38,804 nucleotides of DNA from an uncultured Atribacterota bacterium (GCA_964560535.1 CAZLMD010000009.1:1-38804); one strand, 5' to 3'; positions 26,680 to 36,278 are shown, numbered from the stretch's first letter. Notes: generated by a model not told the origin, from the letters alone. Numbers and translations: made by a program.

Positions 26680-27543
26680 ATGGATCAGAATAAGAAAAAA
26701 ACAACAATCCCGGAATTCTTTGCTCTAAAACAAAAAGGTAAAACATTTTCAATGGTCACTGCTTATGACTATGCAATTGCAAGTCAGGTAGATAAGACAG
26801 AAATTGAAATGATATTGGTTGGTGATTCAGCAGCAATGGTTATGCTGGGTTATCAGAGTACCGTTCCTATCAGTTTAGACACAATGATAATTTTGTCTAA
26901 AGCAGTAGTAAAGGGTGCACCAAATACTTTTATTGTGGGTGATATGCCTTTTTTGTCTTATGAAGTCAGCAAAGAAAAAGCTATTGAGAATGCTGGTAGA
27001 TTGATGAAAGAAGCAGAAGTTGATTCCATTAAACTAGAAGGCGGTAAAAAAATAGCTGATACTGTTTCGGCAATAGTAAAAGCAGGAATTCCAGTAATGG
27101 GTCATATCGGATTAACTCCTCAGAGTAGTTCTCAATTGGGTGGTTTTCGAGTTCAAGGTAAAAATATAGCTGCAGCCCAACAATTACTTGAAGATGCATT
27201 AGCATTAGAAGCTGCCGGGGCTTTCAGTATCGTTCTTGAAGGTATTCCCAATCCGGTTGCTCAGGTTATTACTAAAAGAGTTAAGATCCCTACCATAGGA
27301 ATAGGGGCAGGGCCATTTTGTGATGCCCAGGTCTTAGTAATACATGATTTATTAGGATTATTTGAAAGATTTATCCCTAAATTTGTTAAACAATATGCTC
27401 AAATTGGACAAGAAATAGTTAAAGCACTTTCAGAATTTGATAGAGAAGTGAAGGGAGGACTTTTTCCTGATAAAGATCATAGTTATCATCTAAAGGAAGA
27501 TCTGGAAAAAGAAATCATTGAATACTTCAGTCAAGAAGATTAG
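26680..27543 (+). CDS. panB: 3-methyl-2-oxobutanoate hydroxymethyltransferase (ketopantoate hydroxymethyltransferase)
   Basis: 287 aa with VTAYDY, LVGDS, KLEGG, GHIGLTPQS and IGIGAG motifs. Confidence 0.93.
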   Translation: MDQNKKKTTIPEFFALKQKGKTFSMVTAYDYAIASQVDKTEIEMILVGDSAAMVMLGYQSTVPISLDTMIILSKAVVKGAPNTFIVGDMPFLSYEVSKEKAIENAGRLMKEAEVDSIKLEGGKKIADTVSAIVKAGIPVMGHIGLTPQSSSQLGGFRVQGKNIAAAQQLLEDALALEAAGAFSIVLEGIPNPVAQVITKRVKIPTIGIGAGPFCDAQVLVIHDLLGLFERFIPKFVKQYAQIGQEIVKALSEFDREVKGGLFPDKDHSYHLKEDLEKEIIEYFSQED

Positions 27544-27873
27544 TTTAAACATGTTGTGTGTATTATCTAATAATTATAGAGGCTATTTAAACTAATTTAA
27601 GGAGTTGCCACTCATCATTAATTCAATAACTTGTTAAATCAACCTTTACAGTCCTCATTAAATCATTTAACATAGATTTTTGGGTAAGGATTTTGATTTT
27701 GAATTATTTAGTAAATAAGAAAGCTGTAATTAAATCGGATTGATTTATATAAAAATAAGAATGAATATTAAAAATATTTTTTAATATAAATATCTAAAAA
27801 TGTAGAAAGAATGAAATATTAGTATTATTACATCATAATTTGTATATCATTTAAAATTATAGGTTGATTAGAA

Positions 27874-28416
27874 ATGAATAAAGAAAGTAATTATGAAAAA
27901 ACCATTAAATCAGAACAGATTTATAATGGTAAAATAGTTAAACTAAGAAAAGATACAGTTATCCTTCCTGATGGTAGAAATGCAATAAGGGAAATTGTGG
28001 AACACCCAGGTGCTGTTGTAATTCTAGCTGAAAAAAATGAACACAGGATTATACTGGTAAAACAATATCGTAAGGCGGTTGATGAAATATTGTTAGAACT
28101 TCCGGCAGGAACCATCGAACCATCAGAAAAAATAATCGATTGTGCTAAAAGAGAATTAGAAGAAGAAACCGGCTATATTGCTAAGAACTGGTACGAGATT
28201 TTTGACTTTTATTCTGCCCCGGGATTTTGCAGTGAAAGACTAACATTTTATTATGCAAATGGATTGAATATGACTGGAAGGAAGACTGATTATGATGAAT
28301 TTATAGAAACAATGGAAGTTAGAAGAGAGGATGTTGAACAGCTGATAAAAAAGAGGAAAATACGAGACGCTAAATCATTGGTTGGTATTTTGTGGTGGCT
28401 AAACAATGACAGATAA
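27874..28416 (+). CDS. Nudix hydrolase (ADP-ribose pyrophosphatase-like)
   Basis: 180 aa with the Nudix box GTIEPSEKIIDCAKRELEEETGY. Confidence 0.85.
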   Translation: MNKESNYEKTIKSEQIYNGKIVKLRKDTVILPDGRNAIREIVEHPGAVVILAEKNEHRIILVKQYRKAVDEILLELPAGTIEPSEKIIDCAKRELEEETGYIAKNWYEIFDFYSAPGFCSERLTFYYANGLNMTGRKTDYDEFIETMEVRREDVEQLIKKRKIRDAKSLVGILWWLNNDR

Positions 28417-29599
28417 AGATCAGAATAATTACTATGTAGACTTACATGTCCATATAGGCAGAAATAGGAATAATTTACCAGTTAAGGTTACTGCATCTCG
28501 AGATCTTACATTTGCTAACATTGTACAAGAATGTGAAGTTAGGAAAGGGATCGACATTGTAGGTATTGTTGACTGTGCTTCTCCTAGAGTAATTATGGAT
28601 ATTGAAGAAATGATAAATTCAGGAGAAATAGAAGAATTACAGGATGGAGGTCTATGTTATCATAAATCGGTAACAATTATACTGGGTGCCGAGATAGAGA
28701 CCAAAGAAAAGGACGGAGGTTTATCGCATCAGATTGCTTATTTTCCATATCTTGATGATATACGTCAATTTAGTAAAATAATGAGCAAGATAGTTACAAA
28801 TCTAAACTTAAGTTCACAAAATTGTAAAATCACTGCACAGGATTTTTTTGATATTGTAGATAATCTAAATGGTATTGTCATACCCGCACATGTTTTTACG
28901 CCCTACAAGAGTATTTATGGTAATTGTGTTACAAGCCTCGAGGAAATGTTTAATCTTTCAACTTTAAAGAAAATTCCAGCTATCGAACTAGGATTAAGCG
29001 CTGACACATTTCTAGCCGATGGTATAATAGAGCTATCTGACTTTACTTTTGTAACTAATTCGGATGCCCATTCTTTGCCAAAGATTGGAAGAGAGTATAA
29101 TATTCTCAAAATCGAAAAACCTTCCTTTAAGGAATTACTGATGGCTTTAAGAAGAGAAAATGGTAGAAAGGTAGTTGCAAATTATGGTCTTGATCCTAAA
29201 CTAGGAAAATATAACCGTACCTTTTGTAACGAATGTAATCATACTGCTACAGATATTCCTCCTACATACCATTGTGAGAAATGTGGAAGCAAAAAAGTAA
29301 CCAAAGGTGTTTTAGACAGAATCATTGAGATAAGTGAGGACAGAATCATCGAATCTCCACCTCATCGACCGCCATATTATCATCAAGTGGCTCTAGATTT
29401 TGTACCAGGGATAGGTAAAAAAACAAAGGAAAAACTATATAAATGTTTTGGGACAGAGATGGACATTCTACACAAAGCTAGTTTACAGGAGATACAGCAA
29501 ATTGTTGGCTCTAAAATAGCTACAGATATTGTTTTAGCTCGGACAGGAAAATTAGCGCTTATCTCTGGTGGTGGTGGGAAATACGGTAAAGTAAAATAG
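28406..29599 (+). CDS. PHP-domain protein of the TIGR00375 / endonuclease Q-like family
   Basis: 397 aa. An N-terminal DLHVHIG (PHP metal site) and a later NSDAHS are present. A Cys4 zinc ribbon (CNECNH ... CEKCGS) and a C-terminal helix-hairpin-like tail follow. The ATG overlaps the Nudix gene by 11 nt. Confidence 0.7.
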   Translation: MTDKDQNNYYVDLHVHIGRNRNNLPVKVTASRDLTFANIVQECEVRKGIDIVGIVDCASPRVIMDIEEMINSGEIEELQDGGLCYHKSVTIILGAEIETKEKDGGLSHQIAYFPYLDDIRQFSKIMSKIVTNLNLSSQNCKITAQDFFDIVDNLNGIVIPAHVFTPYKSIYGNCVTSLEEMFNLSTLKKIPAIELGLSADTFLADGIIELSDFTFVTNSDAHSLPKIGREYNILKIEKPSFKELLMALRRENGRKVVANYGLDPKLGKYNRTFCNECNHTATDIPPTYHCEKCGSKKVTKGVLDRIIEISEDRIIESPPHRPPYYHQVALDFVPGIGKKTKEKLYKCFGTEMDILHKASLQEIQQIVGSKIATDIVLARTGKLALISGGGGKYGKVK

Positions 29600-29811
29600 A
29601 TTAATTTAGAGAGATAATTATTAAACCACCTATTTTGCTTTTAAATACTTTACAATACAAAAAAGACTACTACTTCATACTTAATAATATTTGTTATTGG
29701 GTTATTTTTTATTTAAATTAAACAATATTTAAAAAATTATTAGAAAAAGAAGGATTTATAAATTATTTAGCGAAATATATATATAAGAGGAGTATTTTTA
29801 GGAGTTTTTAT

Positions 29812-31578
29812 TTGGTTAGGTACTCAGAAGAAATATTAGAAGAAATAAGAAATAAGATAGACATAGTTACACTTATTTCTAACTATGTCTCTTTAAAAAA
29901 AAGTGGAAAAAGCCATAAAGGGCTTTGCCCTTTCCACCAGGAAAAAACACCTTCCTTTATGGTAGACGGTCAAAAACAAATGTTTTATTGTTTTGGTTGT
30001 GGAGAAGGTGGCAATATCTTTACTTTTATAATGAAGATGGAAAAGACAAATTTTCCTGAGACGGTTAAGTTATTGGCAAATAAAGCAGGAGTACAGCTTC
30101 CTGTCTATAAAAAACAAAATAATAAAGAGACTAAAGAAAGAGAAGTTGTTTATAATCTAAATAGTATAGCTGCAAATTACTATCAGAAAAATTTATTTAC
30201 AAATCAGGGTAAAATAGCTTTAAATTATTTGAAAAAAAGGGGCTTTAATGAAGAAATAATTAGAAAGTTCTGTCTAGGCTATGCATTGCCGGGCTACGAA
30301 CATCTGATTTATACATTATCATCAAAAAAAGTTGAACAACGAGATTTGCTTAAAGCCGGATTAGTATCTATTAGTACTAAAACAAAAAAAAATATAGATT
30401 ATTTTCGCAATAGAATCATATTCCCTATTATTAATTTGCAAGGTAAAATAATAGCCTTTGGTGGGAGAGTTTTAGATAATAGATTACCGAAGTATATAAA
30501 TTCACCTGAAACAATTGTATACAATAAGGCAAAAAATTTATATGGACTTTTTCAAGCAAAGCAGAGTATACGACAAAAAAATCAAGTTATTATTATGGAA
30601 GGATATACTGATGTATTAATAGCTCATCAGTTTGGATTTGATAATTCTGTTGCTTCTTTAGGTACTGCTTTAACTTCTCAACAGATTATTCTTATGAAGA
30701 GATTTGCAGATGAAGTTATCATTGTCTTCGATTCAGACCCTGCGGGAGAAAGAGCTACCTTAAGAAGCATTGATTTAATAAAAAAAGCTGGGCTCAGTGT
30801 TAAAATTGTAAGTTTACCTGTCGAGAGTGATCCAGCTGATATCCTTTTGAAAAAAGGAAGAATATATTTTGAAAGTTTGATAAAAAATGCACTACCTTTG
30901 ATTGACTATAAGCTTTCTATTATGTTACATCAATATAATCCGGCTCATATTGCCGGTAAAGTCAGTATAGTTAAAGGATTGTTCGAAGATTTAAATGATA
31001 TAAACAGTGATATAGAATTGCGTAACGAAATAAAAAAAATTGCCGAAAGACTAAATTTGACAGAAGAAAGCATATTGATAGATTTAAAAAGATATAGAAA
31101 AGGAAGTACTAAATTAACAAATATTGTCGAGGCAACACATACCCCAATAGAATCTACCAATATTAATGCTGAAAAAATATTAATTGGTAATATGTTACAA
31201 AATAAAGATGTTATTGATAGGATTATTTCAGAATTGGAGGTTGAAGATTTTACCATAACGGAGCATCGTGAGATATTCTCAACGATTATCAACCTATATG
31301 AAACAGGTGAAAAAGTATCTATGCAAAAAGTCATTGATAGAATTGAGCATCCTAAAATAACAAACTTGATATCACGTATTATGCTAAAAGACGTTGTATA
31401 TTTTGATTTAGATACAGTTAATCGTTCAATCAAAGCTATTAAAATTCATAAACTGCAGCAAGAATTAGATATTATAAAGAAAGCTATGCATTTGGAAGAA
31501 AAAAACAAGAAAAATGTTGAGGCAAAAATCTTACAAGAATATCAAAATATTTTGAACAGAATAAAGGCTTTGACATAA
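29812..31578 (+). CDS. dnaG: DNA primase
   Basis: 588 aa. Contains a zinc finger (CPFHQEKTPSF ... CFGCGEGG), a TOPRIM domain (EGYTDV ... DSDPAG) and a C-terminal helicase-interaction region. Confidence 0.95.
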   Translation: MVRYSEEILEEIRNKIDIVTLISNYVSLKKSGKSHKGLCPFHQEKTPSFMVDGQKQMFYCFGCGEGGNIFTFIMKMEKTNFPETVKLLANKAGVQLPVYKKQNNKETKEREVVYNLNSIAANYYQKNLFTNQGKIALNYLKKRGFNEEIIRKFCLGYALPGYEHLIYTLSSKKVEQRDLLKAGLVSISTKTKKNIDYFRNRIIFPIINLQGKIIAFGGRVLDNRLPKYINSPETIVYNKAKNLYGLFQAKQSIRQKNQVIIMEGYTDVLIAHQFGFDNSVASLGTALTSQQIILMKRFADEVIIVFDSDPAGERATLRSIDLIKKAGLSVKIVSLPVESDPADILLKKGRIYFESLIKNALPLIDYKLSIMLHQYNPAHIAGKVSIVKGLFEDLNDINSDIELRNEIKKIAERLNLTEESILIDLKRYRKGSTKLTNIVEATHTPIESTNINAEKILIGNMLQNKDVIDRIISELEVEDFTITEHREIFSTIINLYETGEKVSMQKVIDRIEHPKITNLISRIMLKDVVYFDLDTVNRSIKAIKIHKLQQELDIIKKAMHLEEKNKKNVEAKILQEYQNILNRIKALT

Positions 31579-31640
31579 AAATGTTAAATGGATTATCGCT
31601 TACCAATAAACAATATTGACGATATATAGGAGTTGGGTAA

Positions 31641-32753
31641 ATGGCTAAGAAAAAAGAGTTTGATAAGTTAATAGAAAAAGGGAAAGAAAAAAACTATGTT
31701 ACTTTTCAAGAAATTGAAAATTATCTGGATGACGAAATATTAAATATCAATAAAATAGAAGACCTTTATGATACCCTTAGCAGATATGGTGTAGATGTAA
31801 TTGAAGAAGAAGACGGAGAAAAAGGTGATGACTTTATTTCAGGTAAAGAAAAAACTAAGAAAAAAGATGTCTTAGCCATTTCTAAAAAAGATCGAGATAC
31901 TGACTTATACATTGGAAGAGGTATCGAATTAGATGATCCTGTAAAAATGTATTTAAAGGAAATAGGCCAAATAAGACTTTTAACAGCTGATGAAGAAGTT
32001 ATTTTGGCAAAACGTATGGAAGCCGGAGATGAGGCAGCCAAAAGAAAGTTGGTTCAATCAAATTTAAGGCTGGTGGTAAGTATAGCCAAGAGATATGTTG
32101 GTAGAGGAATGCTTTTTTTAGATTTAATTCAAGAAGGCAATATGGGATTGATCAGGGCAGTAGAAAAATTTGATTATCGCAGGGGTTACAAGTTTAGCAC
32201 TTATGCAACATGGTGGATCAGACAAGCTATCACCAGGGCTATTGCTGACCAGGCTAGAACCATCCGGGTTCCGGTACATATGGTAGAGACTATTAATAAA
32301 TTAGTACGGGTATCCAGACTCCTCTTACAAGAGTTAGGCAGAGAACCTACAATTGAAGAGATTGCGGAAAAAATGGAATTGCCATTAGCAAAAATAAAAG
32401 AAATTATTAAAACTGCTCAACAGCCAATTTCTTTAGAGAGCCCTATTGGGAAAGAGGATGACAGCTTATTGGGAGATTTTATTGAGGATGAAGATTCTCC
32501 TGCACCGCCAAAAATCGCTTCTCATACACTTTTAAAGGAACAATTAGATGATGTACTGAAGACTTTAACCTATCGTGAAAAACGTGTCTTAGAGTTAAGA
32601 TTTGGAATTACTGACGGACATCCCCATACATTAGAAGAGGTTGGCCGAGAATTTGGTGTCACCAGGGAAAGAATTCGACAAATAGAAGCAAAGGCTCTCA
32701 GAAAACTAAGACACCCCAGTAGAAGTAAAAAGTTAAGGGATTATTTAGATTAA
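31641..32753 (+). CDS. rpoD: RNA polymerase primary sigma factor (sigma-70/SigA)
   Basis: 370 aa. Region 2 shows [40 protein letters not shown]. Region 4 shows [20 protein letters not shown]. It follows dnaG as in the conserved operon. Confidence 0.95.
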   Translation: MAKKKEFDKLIEKGKEKNYVTFQEIENYLDDEILNINKIEDLYDTLSRYGVDVIEEEDGEKGDDFISGKEKTKKKDVLAISKKDRDTDLYIGRGIELDDPVKMYLKEIGQIRLLTADEEVILAKRMEAGDEAAKRKLVQSNLRLVVSIAKRYVGRGMLFLDLIQEGNMGLIRAVEKFDYRRGYKFSTYATWWIRQAITRAIADQARTIRVPVHMVETINKLVRVSRLLLQELGREPTIEEIAEKMELPLAKIKEIIKTAQQPISLESPIGKEDDSLLGDFIEDEDSPAPPKIASHTLLKEQLDDVLKTLTYREKRVLELRFGITDGHPHTLEEVGREFGVTRERIRQIEAKALRKLRHPSRSKKLRDYLD

Positions 32754-32801
32754 AAAGTTAAGTAATTATTACAAAAATATTTAAAAAATAGATAAAATCT
32801 G

Positions 32802-32830
32802 TTGACCTTTATTAATTTTTAGACTATAAT
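32802..32830 (+). promoter_or_regulatory. Consensus sigma-A promoter for tRNA-Asn
   Basis: TTGACC (32802-32807), a 17-nt spacer, then TATAAT (32825-32830). It sits 14 nt upstream of the tRNA 5' end. Confidence 0.7.
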
Positions 32831-32844
32831 TAGCTTTGCATTAT

Positions 32845-32916
32845 TCCTCGGTAGCTCAATGGTGGAGCATCCGGCTGTTAACCGGAGGGTTGTAGGTTCG
32901 AATCCTACCCGAGGAG
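32845..32916 (+). tRNA. tRNA-Asn (anticodon GTT)
   Basis: A full cloverleaf was checked by hand. Acceptor TCCTCGG/CCGAGGA, D stem GCTC/GAGC, anticodon arm TCCGG-CTGTTAA-CCGGA, T arm GTAGG-TTCGAAT-CCTAC, discriminator G. CCA is not fully encoded (CCT). Confidence 0.93.
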
Positions 32917-32930
32917 CCTGAATGAACCAT

Positions 32931-32970
32931 AGACAGAATTTCCTTTGCGGAAATTCTGTCTATTTTGTTT
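32931..32970 (+). terminator. Rho-independent terminator after tRNA-Asn
   Basis: A 13-bp perfect stem AGACAGAATTTCC / GGAAATTCTGTCT with a 5-nt loop, followed by ATTTTGTTT. Confidence 0.85.
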
Positions 32971-33259
32971 ATATGGAGGTTATAACCTATATTTTTATCT
33001 TTGATTGGTTAATAGTCATTTTCTCGATAAAGAATTGAATAAACAATCACTGTGTAAAAAATAGGAAGTAACAAATGGCATTTGTGGAAACTAGAGGATT
33101 GGATAATTACTGTCAATTAATAGCTTACTCTGGTAAAGAGAAAATCAATTGGTAATAAGACAAATCTGCTTTTTTATTATATATATTTTAAATATAAAAA
33201 TGTTAAACATGATAAATGAAATAGATCAAACATAATGGAATAAATAAAGGAGAAGTTAA

Positions 33260-33814
33260 ATGGAAGAAAAAATTGTATATTTTACTAATCCCGGAAAGGG
33301 CAATACAAAAGAAGTGGTAAAGCTAGTAATGGAAAGGGCAAATTCGAGGAATATCGACAAAATTGTAGTAGCTTCCACAACCGGATATACTGCTAAATTG
33401 TTCTCTGATGAAGTGGAAAGCAAAGATATTCAATTAATTGTAGTACCATGGCAATTTAATTTAAAAGAGAAAGGAAACTTTTTCCCACAGGAATTAGTAA
33501 ATAAACTTAAAGAAAAAGACCATGTAGTCCATTTCGGTACTATGATACTTTCTTCTGGTCTTATGGGATTATACCAGAATAACACTCAGAGGGCACTGGC
33601 TAATATCCTTCGTATTTTAGGTGAAGGAATGAAAGTTTGTGTGGAAATTGTTATGATGGCTTGCGATGGTGGTTGCATAGAAATGGGAGAAAAAGTAATT
33701 GCAGTTGCTGGTTCTGACAGTGGTGCTGATTTTGCAATTGTGGCTACAGCAGCTTCGAGCTCGAAGGTAACTGAATTTAAAGTAAATGAGATTATATGTA
33801 AACCTATTTCATAA
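33260..33814 (+). CDS. Stand-alone pyruvate kinase C-terminal (alpha/beta) domain-like protein, function unknown
   Basis: 184 aa. The layout (N-terminal IVVASTTGYTA, C-terminal VIAVAGSDSGADFAIV) matches my memory of stand-alone PK_C-like proteins. This was not verified by search. Confidence 0.6.
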   Translation: MEEKIVYFTNPGKGNTKEVVKLVMERANSRNIDKIVVASTTGYTAKLFSDEVESKDIQLIVVPWQFNLKEKGNFFPQELVNKLKEKDHVVHFGTMILSSGLMGLYQNNTQRALANILRILGEGMKVCVEIVMMACDGGCIEMGEKVIAVAGSDSGADFAIVATAASSSKVTEFKVNEIICKPIS

Positions 33815-33870
33815 TTTTTTATGAAAGTAGTTATGGATATAGGTACATATAGCTAGTTTTGGCAATTAAT

Positions 33871-33920
33871 AAAAAATAGGAAACTTTTTCAATAAAATAA
33901 AAGAGTTTCCTATTTTTTTA
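33871..33920 (+). terminator. Rho-independent terminator
   Basis: The stem ATAGGAAACT (33876-33885) / AGTTTCCTAT (33904-33913) is followed by a T7 run, with an A-run upstream. Confidence 0.8.
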
Positions 33921-34523
33921 TTATTATGCAGAAGTAAAATAGAATATATTGCAAATTCAAGAATACATTTTCTAACTATTTTTGTATTATATTGTCCACA
34001 TTTAAAACAAAAAAGCTGGTAATTCCGTTTACATCAATTTGAGAAGTGCCTGCGTTTAGCCCATAGACATTCAATACTACTATCTCTTGTTATGGTTTAA
34101 AATTATGAATACAGACTAAACTGTCACCTTTCATCATTATTTTTATAATGAAATTATTGTTATTTTTTATTTTATCACAAACATAGATAGGAAATAGATA
34201 AAATCATCCTGCTAGTATTGGTATATAACGACCATTTTATTAAACATGTTTAAAAAGTTTAATGAAATTGAATTTATATTTTTAATTTGTTATCATAAAA
34301 AGGTCAACAATCAATCAATAATCAATCAGTAGTATACTAAAAATTGAAACTCAGCAATTGGCTAGATGAAATGATAATTCTGACATCAAAGTGTTTTTAA
34401 AATACAGTTACAGCTAAAACAAAATGTATTTATATACACCTGAAAATATATATGTATAGACAGTACCTATTTTGTGAAAAATACAAAAACAAAATTAGAA
34501 ATATTATTTGAAGAAGGAACAGT

Positions 34524-34901
34524 ATGAAAAAAAGAATATCAATATATATGTTAATAATAATAATTATATTAAGCAATATTAGCTTGATAAATGCCAAGGA
34601 AAACGAAAGAGTAACAGGCTGGTTGAATGGAAATGAATACATAGAATTGCCAGCAGAAATGAAGTATAGCTATGTAAATGGCCTTTTTGATATGTTTTCA
34701 TTTTTCATCTCCAATGACACACCGGAAATCTATTCATTGATAGAAGATAAGATGACAGGTATAAGCAATGAACAAATACAAGAAATATATGACAAATACC
34801 TTCATAGCCATCTGGACAAATTACATTACCCGGCAGCGAATATATTTTTTAATGCCATGTATGAATTATTTATTAAAGATGCAATAGAAAACCTTGAATA
34901 A
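34524..34901 (+). CDS. Hypothetical small secreted protein
   Basis: 125 aa. It has a signal-peptide-like N-terminus (MKKRISIYMLIIIIILSNISLINA/KE) and an RBS GAAGGA. I recognise no family. Confidence 0.5.
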   Translation: MKKRISIYMLIIIIILSNISLINAKENERVTGWLNGNEYIELPAEMKYSYVNGLFDMFSFFISNDTPEIYSLIEDKMTGISNEQIQEIYDKYLHSHLDKLHYPAANIFFNAMYELFIKDAIENLE

Positions 34902-35291
34902 TTAAGCCTTGAAAAAATAATATTGAAAATCAAATATTTTTAGCCATTAGATAGTATTTATAATAAACAAAACTACAATTAGATTATAAAACTGCGATTT
35001 CAGTATTTATAAATAATTGATTTAAGGCAATTAATACTATAAAATATAAAGATACATTTTTATATTTTATTAGTAAATATACTCAGTAGAAATTTTACAA
35101 TTATAGTGAATCAAATTGCAGATATAATTGCAATGCAGTGAAAAAGATATCTTTGATAAATGAATTATTTCAAAAAAAATGAAATAGCATGCTGTTGGAG
35201 GAACAGCTGTGTAGATGGCACTACCTTGAAATTTAAATATTACCAGCTATTCCTCAAATACCACATAGAGAGAAAGAGAATATGAATACAA

Positions 35292-35963
35292 ATGAATTTA
35301 ATAGCAAGAATATTCACTTTTTTTATTAGAGTATTATTAAAAATTATCTGTAAAATAGACAAAGAGGAATTAAATTCTATTCCAAAAGAAGGACCTTTGC
35401 TTCTTGTATTTAACCATATCAATTTTATCGAAGTGCCGATTATTTATTTATCGCTACAACCCCGCAATGTGGGTGCAATCGTAAAAAAAGAGAATTGGAA
35501 TAATTGGTTTTTTAGAATACTTTCAAATGCGTGGGGGGGAATTCCTGTTGATAGAGAGAAACCAAAAAAATCAACCTTCAAAGAAGCAGAAAAAGCTTTT
35601 ACAAATAAAAAAATTATCTGTATTGCTCCCGAAGGAACTAGAAGCGAAACAGGGGTATTAGGCCAGGGACACATGGGAGTAGTCTTTATGGCACTACATT
35701 ATCAAGTTCCTATATTGCCAATGGTTCATTATGGAGTTGAGAAATTTTGGTATAACATCAAGAGATTTAAAAGAACGCAAATCACGTTTAAAGTCGGTAC
35801 ACCATTCATGTTAGTAAGCGAATCTAGGAGAGATAAAAATATTCAACAAGAAATGAGCAATCAAATCATGCTACGATTAGCTGCTATGTTGCCCGAATAT
35901 TATAGGGGTATATACAAAAAATTAGATAATATTTCAGATGAGTATATTAAGTATATTTCATAA
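35292..35963 (+). CDS. Lysophospholipid / 1-acyl-sn-glycerol-3-phosphate acyltransferase family protein (PlsC-like)
   Basis: 223 aa. Acyltransferase block I is NHINFIE (an HX4D-type with E) and block III is APEGTRS. Confidence 0.78.
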   Translation: MNLIARIFTFFIRVLLKIICKIDKEELNSIPKEGPLLLVFNHINFIEVPIIYLSLQPRNVGAIVKKENWNNWFFRILSNAWGGIPVDREKPKKSTFKEAEKAFTNKKIICIAPEGTRSETGVLGQGHMGVVFMALHYQVPILPMVHYGVEKFWYNIKRFKRTQITFKVGTPFMLVSESRRDKNIQQEMSNQIMLRLAAMLPEYYRGIYKKLDNISDEYIKYIS

Positions 35964-36076
35964 TTTGATTAAAAAATGAAAAGATTTGTGGCATTGATGT
36001 TACTGCTTGAATAATCAAAAGAAAATAGATATTTGTCTGAAGAAATAATCTAAAGATATTACTGATTTCCATTAAG

Positions 36077-36105
36077 TTGACAAGCAGGAAGAATAATGTT
36101 ATATT
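36077..36105 (+). promoter_or_regulatory. Sigma-A promoter with extended -10 for the structured leader and ABC operon
   Basis: TTGACA (36077-36082), a 17-nt spacer ending in TGt, then TATATT (36100-36105). Confidence 0.65.
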
Positions 36106-36125
36106 TTCATTGACAAAAATATATA

Positions 36126-36278
36126 TTACATCCGAGTTGTTACTTCTAAAGGTTTTCCTATGAGTAACAGCCTATTGGTATATTTGGAAACAAATGTGCC
36201 ACCCGTGCTTGGAAAGGATGGTAAAAAAAACAATAATGTAACTATAAGAAATAGAGCAACGGGAACGTTGCTTTTTTT
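36126..36278 (+). promoter_or_regulatory. Riboswitch-like structured leader with an intrinsic terminator. Class is uncertain (Moco/Tuco-like signature is my tentative reading).
   Basis: The closing helix is TTACATCC (36126-36133) / GGATG(G)TAA (36216-36224). An inner hairpin is TGTTACT/AGTAACA. A 10-bp hairpin is capped by GAAA (36177-36200). An A8 run follows. The terminator is AGCAACG-GGAA-CGTTGCT-T7 (36255-36278). AGTAAC (36163-36168) can alternatively pair with GTTGCT of the terminator. Confidence 0.6.

Noticed and set aside
27764-27790. AT-only inverted repeats in intergenic spacers: ATATTAAAAA-TAT-TTTTTAATAT here, AAAATATAAA/TTTATATTTT at about 35041-35070, and TAGTTTAAA/TTTAAACTA at about 27541-27595
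   Set aside because: These stems are made purely of A/T pairs in very AT-rich spacers, which makes them thermodynamically weak and expected by chance. At best they are weak terminators.
32977-32988. Perfect 12-bp palindrome AGGTTATAACCT just after the tRNA-Asn terminator as an operator site
   Set aside because: It is an isolated occurrence about 270 nt from the next start codon. No second copy or nearby regulator gene is present, so it could arise by chance in AT-rich DNA.
33075-33155. 26-codon ORF (MAFVETRGLDNYCQLIAYSGKEKINW) with an AGGAAG 7 nt upstream
   Set aside because: It is too short to support from sequence alone, and I recognise no motif. It would need conservation or ribosome-profiling evidence.
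34305-34329. AATC-type microsatellite (caacaatcaatcaataatcaatcag) as a CRISPR-like or other structured repeat
   Set aside because: It is a single short imperfect tetranucleotide run. There is no spacer-repeat periodicity and no neighbouring cas genes.
36126-36278. Calling the leader a cobalamin riboswitch purely from the downstream BtuF/FecCD-type genes
   Set aside because: I could not find the conserved B12 core strings (AGGGAA, GGUGnnAAnnCC, CCCGCAACUG, or a clear GCCACUG B12-box) by eye. The class is left open until a covariance-model search is run.
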